A DNA stretch of 64,000 nt from Octopus vulgaris (lineage: Eukaryota). The position numbers and the translations under genes were made by a program. Below the pieces are notes generated by a model. That model had not been told where the DNA came from and made no database searches. It saw only the letters and a program-made list of their open reading frames with translations. The stretch is from contig OX597816.1 in assembly GCA_951406725.2 (NCBI GenBank), positions 181,908,001 to 181,972,000 on the forward strand. The letters run 5' to 3'. Positions 27,201 through 39,717 of this stretch are shown in pieces (position 1 is the stretch's first letter; every line of letters starts with the position of its first letter).

Positions 27201-30200
27201 GCAAAGACACTGGACATCTTGGTATTCTTGTCTCTTAGTCTTAGGTCAACCTTAATCAAGCTAACCTATGATCAAAGTCATTCTAGCTGTAACTACCTCA
27301 TCTTTTTAGCAGATGTCTTTAGGATTACAATAGCTGTGTTTTCTTATTTAAGGCAGTAGTGTGTGATTTGACAGGAGACTTGACTTAGTTCTTAGTTTTT
27401 TCTCAAGGTTGAATGAGTAACTGCATAGAGACTCTCTTTGGTGCTGGCTGTGTGTCGATGGGGGGAATTGGATTTTAAATGAATGTTGTACAGTGTGGAG
27501 CTTAAGACAAACTGGGCAGTAAATGTGGTAACACTATGTGCAGGATTGCCACTTACAGTGTCATCTTAGTTGTGGAAAGGCAGTTGGGAAGATTTTGAAA
27601 AGGTTTGTACAAATGACTAGTAAGGGATCAGAATGCCTGGCTGCAAACTGGGGGACACAAGAATTTGCAGGCCATGCTGTGATTGAATACATCTTTGGTT
27701 AATTGAATGTTGTGGTGGTGGGTAAACAACATTCAATGGTGATAGCAGGTAATTTCTTAAAGGTGGTGGAGCAATGTTCTTCACCTGCTTCAGAACAACT
27801 GCAGATGCACCACCTTATAGTCTGTGAGAAATGATGACGAAAATAAATACCAATGACAGTGGAATTGGTCACCTGCTATTTTGGATGAGTCAGAGGTGGG
27901 GTACATCTGTAGCTAGAAGTAGTTGTTGTATAGAACTGGATAGATCTGACCACTAGGGCTGATTGATGTACAAAGACATTCAGGAGATGAAAGTATAAGA
28001 TAGATGCTTTGGTTAGAAAGGGAATCAAGTGATCTGATAAAGGCAGGAATGTAGCTGTGTTTGAAAGTTTCAAAAGAAACTTAAGAATGTTTGAAGAGTT
28101 TATATGGTAGTCAGAGATAACTGTTGTTAGAAATACTACGTAGAGTATAGCTCTGAACATGAGACATTATTTATGATCTGTGGAAGGCGGCAAGCTGGCA
28201 GAATCATCAGCAAAGTACCAGTTGAGCACCGGGGTTGTGTAATTGACTTACCTCCTCCCCTGGAATTGCCGGTCTTGTGCAAACATATGAAACCATTATT
28301 TATGATCTGGGAGAGAAGAAAATTCAGGATTATTGGATAACTTGTGGGACAGGCAACCTCTTAATGCATTAATCACAGTTTTTCAGCATTTTACCTCTCC
28401 AGCAATTGGCCACTTTGGGAAGTGTATGCTATCATGATTTCGATTAATTTTTATCTCTTGTTCTAAAACCTAAATCTTTGGCCAGACTTTATAAATTGTT
28501 CGTCATCAGTCAAGACACAGATTGAATTTAGTCTGCATCTTCCATTCTTATCACATTCTTATTAATGAATGCATTTCTTAATTAATCTTTTTCTCAGCCT
28601 GTTTACTCTGACTCACTCTCAAGGTCACACAACGCCATAAAAGAGATTATAAATAACACATGCTTGTCTGCCACCATTATGCAACTATAAAAAGGCCAGC
28701 CCCCACCCCACCCCTTTTTTATGTTGGAAATATGGTCAGGATACAAATAATTGAAAGAAGGGTTTTGTTCTTTGAGACGCTTTCTAAAGAAGCATTTGGA
28801 GCTTATATATTGAATTCTAACACGGGTTCAAGTCCTGTGTAACCTTCTTGTTTATAAAAAAAGATAATAAAATAAATTAAAAAAACACAAGCACAGGCAT
28901 GATTGTGTGGTTAAGAAACTTGCTTTGCAACTACATGGTTTTGGGTTCAGTCCCACTACACAGCACCTTCGGCAGGTATCTTCTGTGCTGACTAATGTGT
29001 TCTTAATGGATCTGTCAAAGGGAAACTGAAAGAAACCTGTTGTGTGTGTGTGTGTTTGTATGTCCCTGTAACTTAGCATTTCAGCAAAAGAGACAGATAG
29101 AATAAGTACCTCACTTTAAAAAAACAGAAAAAGTACCGTTTACTTAGAACCCTTCAGTGCAGTGCCCCAGCGTGGCTGCTGTCCTGTGACTGAAACAAGT
29201 AAAAGATAGGATTTTAGGGAGATTTGGCTGCTATTTCTAGTGGGCTCAGCAACCTTGTAGAGGCTTGCTCTCTTGTCCTCCTCACCTCCCTCTTTCTCCC
29301 TCTCTCTCTCTCTCTCATTGACTTGTGAAGTTCTGTTGATGAAGTTTAAAATTTGTGCTGTAATTAATTTAATAATAATTAAATAATTAGGGGCAAGGAG
29401 TATAATGAAAATTGATTCAGTTATTCCGAACTGGTTCTTTCTTTTTTTGTTGACTCAGAAGCAAAGAAATACATCCTTGGTGTTGGTGGGATTCGAAATA
29501 AGAATGTGAAAAGCTGTAACTAAAATACCCCAAGGTGTTTTATCTGCCCCTATATTTCCAGAGTTTAACTAGAGCAGGGGTGGGGAAACTTTTTAGTGCG
29601 GTGAGCAAAAATTTCCAAAGAAAAGGGTCCATGGGCAGATCACAAGTTCTAACTCTTATATCTGTGTAAATCTTGTATATATCTATGTATAATTTGATAT
29701 ACATTAATAATGATAAGTTTAAGACATTAAATTAACGTTGAACATCTTCATTAACGCCGCCACTGAATTTAGGGCGTTTATATCACTTATAAGGAATTCT
29801 CTATTTTTCAGCTGGAGTTGGGTCTCAAGAGGGTGGTACAAACCTAGCAATATGGGTTTTAGAGTGAAAACAAAATGTCCAATCAAATAGTAATTACCAG
29901 ACGATTTTCTCTTCGAGTCTGTTTTGGGTCGTAGTGGAAACGCGACCCATGTCGCAAATAGGCATACAGATATTGTATAAATTTGATAACTGAAAAATTT
30001 ACTATATTTCGTATATACGAGTATACCAGCCTGTGGGTGTAATAAAATGGACTTGCGGGTGGAAGTTTCCCATCCCTGAACTAGAATGTCCTTTAATTAT
30101 TTTCAAAGTAGAAGCAGTTATTACTTATGTTTATATGTATCTCTTATTGAGATCACTAAAGAACTTTTATCATTTACCTTTTACTTTTCTCAGTCATTAG

Positions 30201-33200
30201 GCTGTGGCCATGCTGGAGCACTGCTTTGAAGGATTTTTAGTTGAATGAATCGATGCTAGTACTTACATATATATTCTTATAGCCTGGTACTTATTCTATT
30301 GGTCTCTTTTGCTGAACTTCCCAAGTTATGGGGATGTAAACATACCAACATCAGTTGTCAAGCAACAGGGTGGGTAACACAGATACCAAGACACACACAT
30401 ACAGAAATAAAAAAGATATATATCTATATCTATCTATATATATATATATAGAACAATCTTACTTAGAAATGGATGCGTGCGTTCCGTCATATAATAAATA
30501 AATAAATAAATAAAACATGCATATATACATACATATATGTACGTACCTACCTCTACATGTATTGTTGCTCCCTCGCCGTTCTCAAAAGATAGCGTTCGTA
30601 AAAAATTTTATCTCGTTCGGCTTAACTGCCCTTCTTGTTTGTGTTACTGTTATTCTCCGTGTCCTGTCTTTTACTGTTTATATTTTGTACTGTCGTTACT
30701 GTCCTGTTTTTGTTACCATTTTTACCCCTCCGCAAAAAAATCTCAAATTTTATTTAATTTGATTTTCGCGGGAAGGAAAGTTTCATTGAAGTCATGTATT
30801 GCCTTGACCTTCGAAACGTGGAGTAGATGAAACAAAGGCGACTGAAGAAGGGGAATTTTCCTTGTTTTGTATGTCCTGTACCCTATTTTTTCGTTGTTTA
30901 AGAAAAATGTCCATTTCCTTGGTTTTCTGTTTATGTTTTCGTTTCTCATTGTGTTCGACGTTTTTTTGGTGTCCTGTACTCATATATACATGTAGAGGTA
31001 GGTACGTACATATATGTATGTATATATGCATGTTTTATTTATTTATTTATTTATATATATATACACATATATATACACACAACAGGCTTCTTTCAAATAT
31101 CTATCTATCAAACCCACTCACAAGGCTTTGGTCAGCCCAAGGCTATAGTAGAAGATGCTTGCCCAGTGCCACTGAGTGGCACTGAACCCAGAACTGTGTA
31201 GTTGGAAAGTAAACTTCTTATCACACAGCCATGCCTGTTGATGTATAATGTAATTCATTCTGAAAGTCAGAGTTTTGTTTCATGGAAATAAGGAAGGGGT
31301 TTTGTTTTTCTTAGGTTAAATTTTTTTGATGTTCTTCAAATCTGACTTGAATTTCTATTCCTTACTGAAAGCTGCTATGTTGTTGTTGCTGTTGTTAAGA
31401 CCCTAGATCAACCCTTATTGAGTAGTTGTATAACCAAAGATGTTCAATTCATGAATTGTTCTATTTTTTCATGTATCGGGGATTGAATTTTTATCTTATA
31501 CTTGTTTCAGTCATTAGACTTTGGCCACACTCGGACACTGTTTTGAAGGGTTTTAGTTGAATGGATCGACTCTAGTAATATTTTTTAATGTCTGATACTC
31601 ACTCTGTCTGACTCTTTTTCCACACTGCTAAGTTATGGAGATGTAAACAAACCAACACTGGTTGTCAAGCTGTGGAGGGGCAGACACATACACACACACA
31701 ACATGCTTCTTACAGTTTCTGGCTACCAAATCAATTCACGATGCTTTGATCAGCAGTAGAAGACAGTTACTCAAGTGGGACTGAACCCAAACCCATGTGG
31801 TTGGCAGGCAAACTTCTTACTGCGCACCAGAATTTTAGAGAGATTTGGCTGCCGTCTCTTGCAAGCCAAGCAACTTTCCTCTTTCATACCGGGTCTGGTG
31901 TTTTGTTGATGGGGATGAAAATTTACATTGTAATTAATTGGACAGCAGAGAGACAGCCATATTAAAACATTAACTAATTAAGGTAATATAATAAGACATT
32001 CATGGCAAAATTATAAAGAAAGGAGAAAGGTAATTGTTTCACTGTATATTTTTAGTTTACATTAAATCTCGTTTCTTTTATTTAACAGGTCACAAATTTG
32101 CGGCACAGACCATAAAATATATGCAAATGATTGCTTATTAAGAAAAGAATCGTGTGAACAGCAAACTGCAATAAACAAAACTCATATGGATTTTTGTGAA
32201 TGTAAGTTGCCTGGTCAGTCAGGTTTTACAATTGCTGTTAAAATGTCTTTATTTGATTTATGTTAAAATAATTTATTAGAGAAGTTAGATTAACTTTCAC
32301 ATCATCCGTATTGCAAGTTGTGACAGCTTGACAATAATTTTTCATTATCATTTTACTTCACTTCTGTGGAATCTTAGTATTCAGATAAACACAACGGAAT
32401 TGTAATGAAAACATGTCACATTCATTCGACTAAATTCTCTTAATTAAACTAACAAAGTCTAAAGTGTCTGTAGAATAAAATAATTTGAATAGAAACAGTT
32501 CCTTCTATATTTCAGCTTTCATTCCAATCATTATTATCATTAAATGCCCACACTAAAAAAGATCTGTTTATCATTGCACACATTGTTCCATTATTGCAGC
32601 TGGGGAGAGGGTCTCTTTGTAAATTCTTACAATGCATTTTTTTTATTGATAAAACAATGGAGTTGCTTGGCTGGCCTTTATTTATCAGTTCAGATATTAT
32701 TTTCCATTAAAACCTTAAACAATTGTCATTTAAACTTTTAATGATATTTAACTCTTTTTTTTTTCTTGCTTGCAGTGTGTTCAAGTATCGAGATAAAAAA
32801 CAAAATTGAGAACTTCAAACAATTGGAGCATTGTTCTGTGATAGAAGGGTATTTGCGCATTATTCTTTTGGATTACATGAAACCTGAGGATTATCAAAAC
32901 ATGCGCTTCCCCAAATTAGTTGAAATCACAGACTACTTAATAATGTATCGTGCCTATGGACTTAAAACTCTACGTGACCTTTTCCCAAACTTGAGTGTTA
33001 TTCGGGGTCAGGAGCTTTTCTACAATTATGCTCTGGTTGCATTTGAAATGCCTGATCTAGAGGAAATTGGTTTGAGCAGCTTAACTGTTATTCAACGAGG
33101 AGCTGTTCGTTTCAATAAAAGTCCCAACCTTTGTTACTTAGAAACCATAGACTGGAGTAAAATCACTTCTGAAGGTTCAAATGAGGCCCATTCCATTGCT

Positions 33201-36200
33201 GATAATAAGGACCCACGAGAATGTGTTGACCAATGTCCTCATACTTGTGACCATTGCTGGAATTCCAGGGAGTGCCAAAAGAATATTGGTTCGTAATTCT
33301 TCATGTTTTCTCTTTCATTCATTTAATTAGGTTGCCTTAATGTGCCAAAAACCAGTTTCAGCTACAAATAATAACACTAAAATAATATGGTTACATTTGT
33401 TTCAAGCACAACACTTTGATAAAGCTTCACATATGCTGTTGCATTACTGAAGGAAATCTTGAACAGCTTAAAAACACAGGCAAATATTTAGGTCGTTTGC
33501 AGTTGAGCCAAACAACTGGTTAAGAAAGCAGTTAAAAGGCTTAAATTTTTAAAAAAATGTAAATACAATTCCCAGGAGTATTGAAAAAGGCAATGGAAAA
33601 TTTTATCCACTTGGTACTTGAAACCCTAACTGTATATATGCATTATGAGGTTGTCTACAGAAATATTGATTTATGGATATGGCTGGAAATAGAAGGGACT
33701 GAAGGTAAGATTTATGATCACCAGGGCTAAGAGTCAAAGGGTCTGTCAAACCATTGCTGAATAAGAACTTCGGCATACTATTGTCCACTTATCTGTGCTG
33801 TATGTAGGCTGAAGTGCACCCATGGTCAGGTGAATGACCAGGCCATCAGCACCTGGATGGAATTTAAAGGCTGAACATTAAGAGCTGTGCTAATGCTGCA
33901 AGTCGTCTTGTCCGATGCTCTATCAACTCTGCCAATCCACAGCCCTAGATTGCCACTTTATTTTATCAAACCTTCCAAAAATGAACTGCAAAAGTTGATC
34001 TTAGTGAAATCTGAGTACACAGAGTCAGATCAAATGCTGCATGATTTTCTGCTGATTTGCCACCCACATTATTATTATTATTATTATTATTGATAATATT
34101 AATGTGGTGAACTGGCAAAATTGTTAGCACATCAAACAAAATGTAGAGAAGCATTTCATCCCCCTTCACATCCTGAGTTCAAATTCTATGATCATCATCT
34201 TTGCCTTTCATCCTTTCAGGGTCAATAAAATGAGTACCAACTGAGCACTAGGGGTCAGTGTAATCAACCAACCCAACCACCTAAAATATCATCCTGTCTC
34301 CTCTTCAATATTAGACATTGGTCATGTGATTATGACTGGAATGTCTTTGATTGTAGATTCGTTCAGTCATTGCTGATCTCGGGGTTAAACAACAACATGA
34401 GCAGGAAGAGGTTTCCAGCAGACTTTCAGTGCTGAGTAGGAAGAACTTCTTCCATGCTGTGGCTGAATCTGTGTTGCTTTATGGTTTTTCTACCTGGACA
34501 CTAATCAAAAGATTTGAAATTTTGCCAGTTCGTACCTGTAGGTACGAACTGGCTTTCATTGGCCTGGGGCTAGAGTAGAAGGCACTTGCCTCAAGGTGCC
34601 ACACAATGGAACATTAAGTTTCTTAACTTAATGTTCATATATATATATATATATGTGTGTGTATGTATGATAACCAAATATAACAGTGAAACTTCATATA
34701 AACTATGAAAGACCCAAACTGTTCTCGGTAGATTATCAATATTAAAAAAGCAAGATATACAAATTTACTGATATCAGAGGAAATGATAGAACATGTATGA
34801 ACATGCTTCATGCTATTTTGAATATATCCCTGAAAGAACACCATACCAAAGTAAGAATCAAAGACACAGAGAAAAAAAAAAAAAAGTTGACTTTATTGGA
34901 CATTGCTTAAGTAGGGAGGTACTGGTTTGGATACCTCAACATGGTCGCAATTGCATTGGTTACCCTGGAGAAACATGTTGGTAAGTTAACAGATGACATT
35001 GGATGCCCCTGATAAGAACTGGCTTGTGACGTGGAATATCAGGGTGGTGCAAATCCAAGTAAATTCCACCTGGTTGGGAGGAGGAAAAGGAAAGGATGGG
35101 GAGGGGGGGGCTAATACATTGTAGAGTCAACAAATAGAGAAGAAATTATTGTTCAGTTTCAGGGCTGTCCAAGTTGAGTTGTTCTATGATCAAAAATATC
35201 CCTTCCATGACCATCTTTATTTTATCTTTCAGTCATTATGTACTTAAAATAAATTATCCAGTGTAGTGTCAGATATAATCTAATCCAGTGTGGCATCAAA
35301 GAAGTTTGGTTGTCATTTCTTACCAGGACTATCTTCCTCTCTCCTTAATTCCCTTCAGTCTTGAATGCCCTGTCAAGTGTCAGTATCATGGACACTGCCT
35401 TCTGTCCTGACTAAAAGATTTTTAAAAAGTAAGAAACGAACAGCAAAAGTGGTTTTAGAATAAGTATTGTGCTGGACAGAAGAAGCAGCTCAAAAAAGGG
35501 GTGCAGGAAGGCCATCTGGTCATAGATCATCCCTGCAGAAAACCCATCCAGTGCATGTTGGCATGGAAAAGTGACTCTACAGCAATGATGTTGATGATAT
35601 TTCATGTGCTTGCAGTTTCATGAGGAATTGTTCTGCTTAACCATCTACTTGCCCTCAAGTTGCTATAAAAGTTATCAAATTTGTTTGGGTTTTTTTCTGT
35701 TTTTTTAATGCACTTAAAGAAACTATCTATCTCTTTAAACAAACATTAATTACTGAACAGAAGTTTGTCTAAAACACAGCTGTGATTCTATTTATGATCC
35801 TATATATAGTGAAGGATTTTATTCCCATTTATTAAAACACAATTTTCTTTTTTATTAACAAGGTTGTTTGTATATGTTAGATTTTTACTAGATATGCAGC
35901 CTTATCACAATCTTCATAAACACCTCAGCTATCTTATCTCCCACCCATTCCCTCTCTCTCTCTCTCTTTCTTGTTATACATATCTGCATATAACTTTTTT
36001 TTTCCTTTGCACATAAAGGAAGTGATAAAATTTTAGCTTGAAAAGTCCTACCTACTTCATTTGCTCAAGTACAATGTGAACTTGAATATAATGCAGCTCC
36101 AACCTTTTTATAGCAAAAACTCAGTAATGTAATCTATCCTCTCTCTCCTTCCCCCCCATCCCCCTCTTTTCTGTCTAGTATAATGGCACCTCCTAATCTT

Positions 36201-39200
36201 GACCTTGATGTTTTGTATTCAATTTCTTGCATTATACACGAGCAAATGCATTAGTTGTACATATTTTATTGTAGGAGCTTGGATATACAAAATTCAGTTT
36301 AGTACAAATTTGAAAGAATGGTTCTAGAAATAAGAGAACTGTGATAAGCGGATGCAGTAAGAACATTGCTTTATGAAATAAAAGTTAAATTTAAGGAATT
36401 AAGTTCAGAAAATAAATATTGCAAGTGAGGTTGAAATAGAAGTTTTTGGCTTTCATTTTTGTACCAATCCATGATAAGGCAAAAATATATGTCAATCATT
36501 TGGTAAAATTAATGAATATGGATATATTTGTGCTATGGGAGGATGATAATTGTGGAAGTTGAAGCAAAGCACTTTATCACAAAGTAAAAGTTTTCTAGGC
36601 GCAAGAGTGGCTGTGTGGTAACTAGCTTGCTTACCAACCACTTGGTTCTGGGTTCAGTCCCACTGCATGGCACCTTGGGCAAGTGTCTTCTACTATAGCC
36701 TTGGGCTGACCAAAGCCTTGTGAGTGGATTTGCTAGACGGAAACTGAAAGAAGCACATTGTGTGTATATATACATATATGTGTGTGTGTGTGTATATGTT
36801 TGTGTGTCTGTGTTTGTCCTCCCAACATCGCTTGACAACCAATGCTGGTGTGTCCCCATAACTTAGCGGCTTGGTATGAGAGAATGATAGAATAAGTTCT
36901 AGGCTTACAAAAAATACGTCTTGGGGTCGATTTGCTCGACTAAAGGCGGTGCTCCAGCATGGCCACAGTCAGATGACTGAAACAAGTAAAAGAGTATATC
37001 TCTGAAGATGAGCTTTGCTTGAAACATCAAAATTCTCAGTCTGCATGATACACAGACCTTATGCAAACTTATGAACTTTACTAAAATTGTTGTTGACCAG
37101 AGAAAGTGAAAAAGTCTCACCAACGTGATTTCATAACAAACTTGACTCTTGTTCTAAGTATCGAGTTCCACCAGCAGTAACTGTTTTGTTCCTATCCTTC
37201 AACTTGCTTTAAAATAACATTCATTTGATATTAGTTTCAAATGTTAGCACAAGGCCAGCAATCTTTGGAGAGGGTTGAGTCAATTACATGAACCCCAGTA
37301 TTCAACTGGTACTTACTTTATCAAACCCAAAAGGACAAAAAGGCAAATTCAAACCCAGCAGCTTTTGAAGTCAGAAAATATGCCACTAAGCATGTTGCGG
37401 TCAAAATTCTGCCAGCTTGCTGCCTTACCTCAATTTAATATTACTAAATAAATTCTATCAATGAAGACCATGACTATCTTCATTCTATCTGGTTTTTATT
37501 CACATGGTTATCAGTTGAGTTTCAGAATCTTCAATGTAAAAAAGGTTACCTCAAATTTTAAAACTGAAAGTTTTCAACATTAACCCCGTCCCCCACCCAC
37601 ACCTTGCAACATTACACTTTGTACACCTTCATCATACAATCTACTCTTCACTTAAAGAGAATCTTTCTTGCAAGCAGATGTAAACATCTCCTTGAATTTT
37701 TTCCATCCTCTTCTTAGAAACAGTCAACTACTGTGAAGCATTCCAAGTGTTGGAAAGAATTTGTTTCACTGATGCTCTTATTGCTAACTACTTCTGTGTG
37801 TCTGTCACATACAAAGTCTTTTCTCTCAGTCAACTTGACTGTGATTCCACTGCACTTCTTGTGTACCTATGGTTTATGTTTGGTACACTGTATGGAATTT
37901 TTATCTATTCCTTTTTCTGCATGTCAAGCACAACCATTTACTTGATGGCAACAGGGTTCTATTTTCTTTCTTGAGCCCTTTCTTTCCTTGATTTTGTTTT
38001 CACACATGAAATATCTTTGCTAACTCTTCCACAAATCCAGCTATAAGTATTAGAACATTTAATATATAGGAGTCCTTAAAGACAGCCAGTTTTAAATTCG
38101 TTTTATATTTCTTGGTGAGCTTTCATAAGCATCCTGCATACTGACCCCTGGCGGACATTTACTTGTGCATTAAATTCTTCACTGAACTCATTTCCAACCC
38201 TAATCTTGCGAATGATATCTCTGTAGCTTCCCTTTTAGCTATTTGGTATTGTTCTTTGCTGCCCCTTTTCTTCTGGTCTTTCCAGCCCTGTCTTTTAGCT
38301 TTTATGGCTCTATCTGCAGCTCTCTTCTACTACAATGTCATCCCTCATCTGGTTGATTCTTTGCCCCAGCCACAAATCTCATCTAAGACCTGCAGAATGT
38401 TATCTTGTACAAACTCCAAGTTTTCTGTCCTTCTCCAGATTCCCTTCATCATCATATGTCCTCCTTCCATGCTTGCATGGCTTAGATGGTTTGACAGTAG
38501 CTGGCCAGGCATGAGCCTGCACCATGCTTCTGTGTCTGTTTTGGCATGGTTTTTACGGCTGGATGCCCTTCCTAACACCAACCACTTTCTATCTAAATCC
38601 ACCTGGTTCTTATACTGAGGCCACTAATCATTAGTCCGTGTTTAGTAGTTCATTCTTCTCTGGTAAAAGTCTTAATATTCACAACTATCTATCTGTACTC
38701 TTTCCTGGAAAGTATGAAGTCTATAGGGCTTAAATATATATTTAAAAGAGAAAAAAAGGGATCTAGCATTTCCTTCAACTTATTTCATAGTTTTAACTTG
38801 TTTTAGTGGTTGAATCCTTTGATGTGTTTAATCTCAAAAATAAGTGTGTAGTAGCTTGAAACCATCCAATTGAAGAAAGGATCTGCATCAGTTTCATTCA
38901 TGAACGTTCTAGTTCAATCAGTGGAACTGCCTTCTAATGTCAACCTACTGAGTATTCCTCCTAAATTTGTACTTTTAATTTAGACCTTAAGGACAAATCA
39001 ACACAGCATGTGACAAGGTTGGCTCTTAAAATTATAAATGCAATCTGTGTGTGTGTATGCCCAAGGGCCAACTTTATTGTACAATGCATCATGCAGTTGC
39101 AGATTCTGCCTCAATAAAGGCATGAATACTGGAATATTTAGTCATGCATTAATACGAATAGGCAGTTCTGTGTATGAAAATGGTAGCAATACATGCCGCA

Positions 39201-39658
39201 CGAGTACACCAGCATCAAACCATGGTGCAGGTTCAACAGCAGTTACTAAACATACAGGCAGCTACTTACCAACAACCTGTACGTCATAAAGCTGTCTCGA
39301 ATCCTGTCAATTACATGTTCTATCATTTCCTCTGATATCAGTAAATTTGTATATCTTGCTTTTTTAATATTGATAATCTACCGAGAACAGCTTGGGTCTT
39401 TCATAGTTTATATGAAGTTTCATTGTTATATTTGGTTATCATACATACATACATACATACATACATACATACATACATACATACATACATACATACATGC
39501 ATGCATGCATGCATGCATGCATGCATGCATGCATGCATACATACATACATGCATACATACATACATACATACATACATGCATGCATGCATGCATGCATAC
39601 ATACATACATACATACATACATACATACATGCATGCATGCATGCATGCATACATACAT

Positions 39659-39717
<59 letters not shown>

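Noticed and set aside
5352-32201. Follistatin exons as a separate agrin- or TMEFF-like gene
   Set aside because: Judged less likely. The last exon has a consensus donor in phase with the L1 acceptor 574 nt away, and I found no EGF, laminin, TM or terminal exon for a separate gene. Only transcript data can exclude it.
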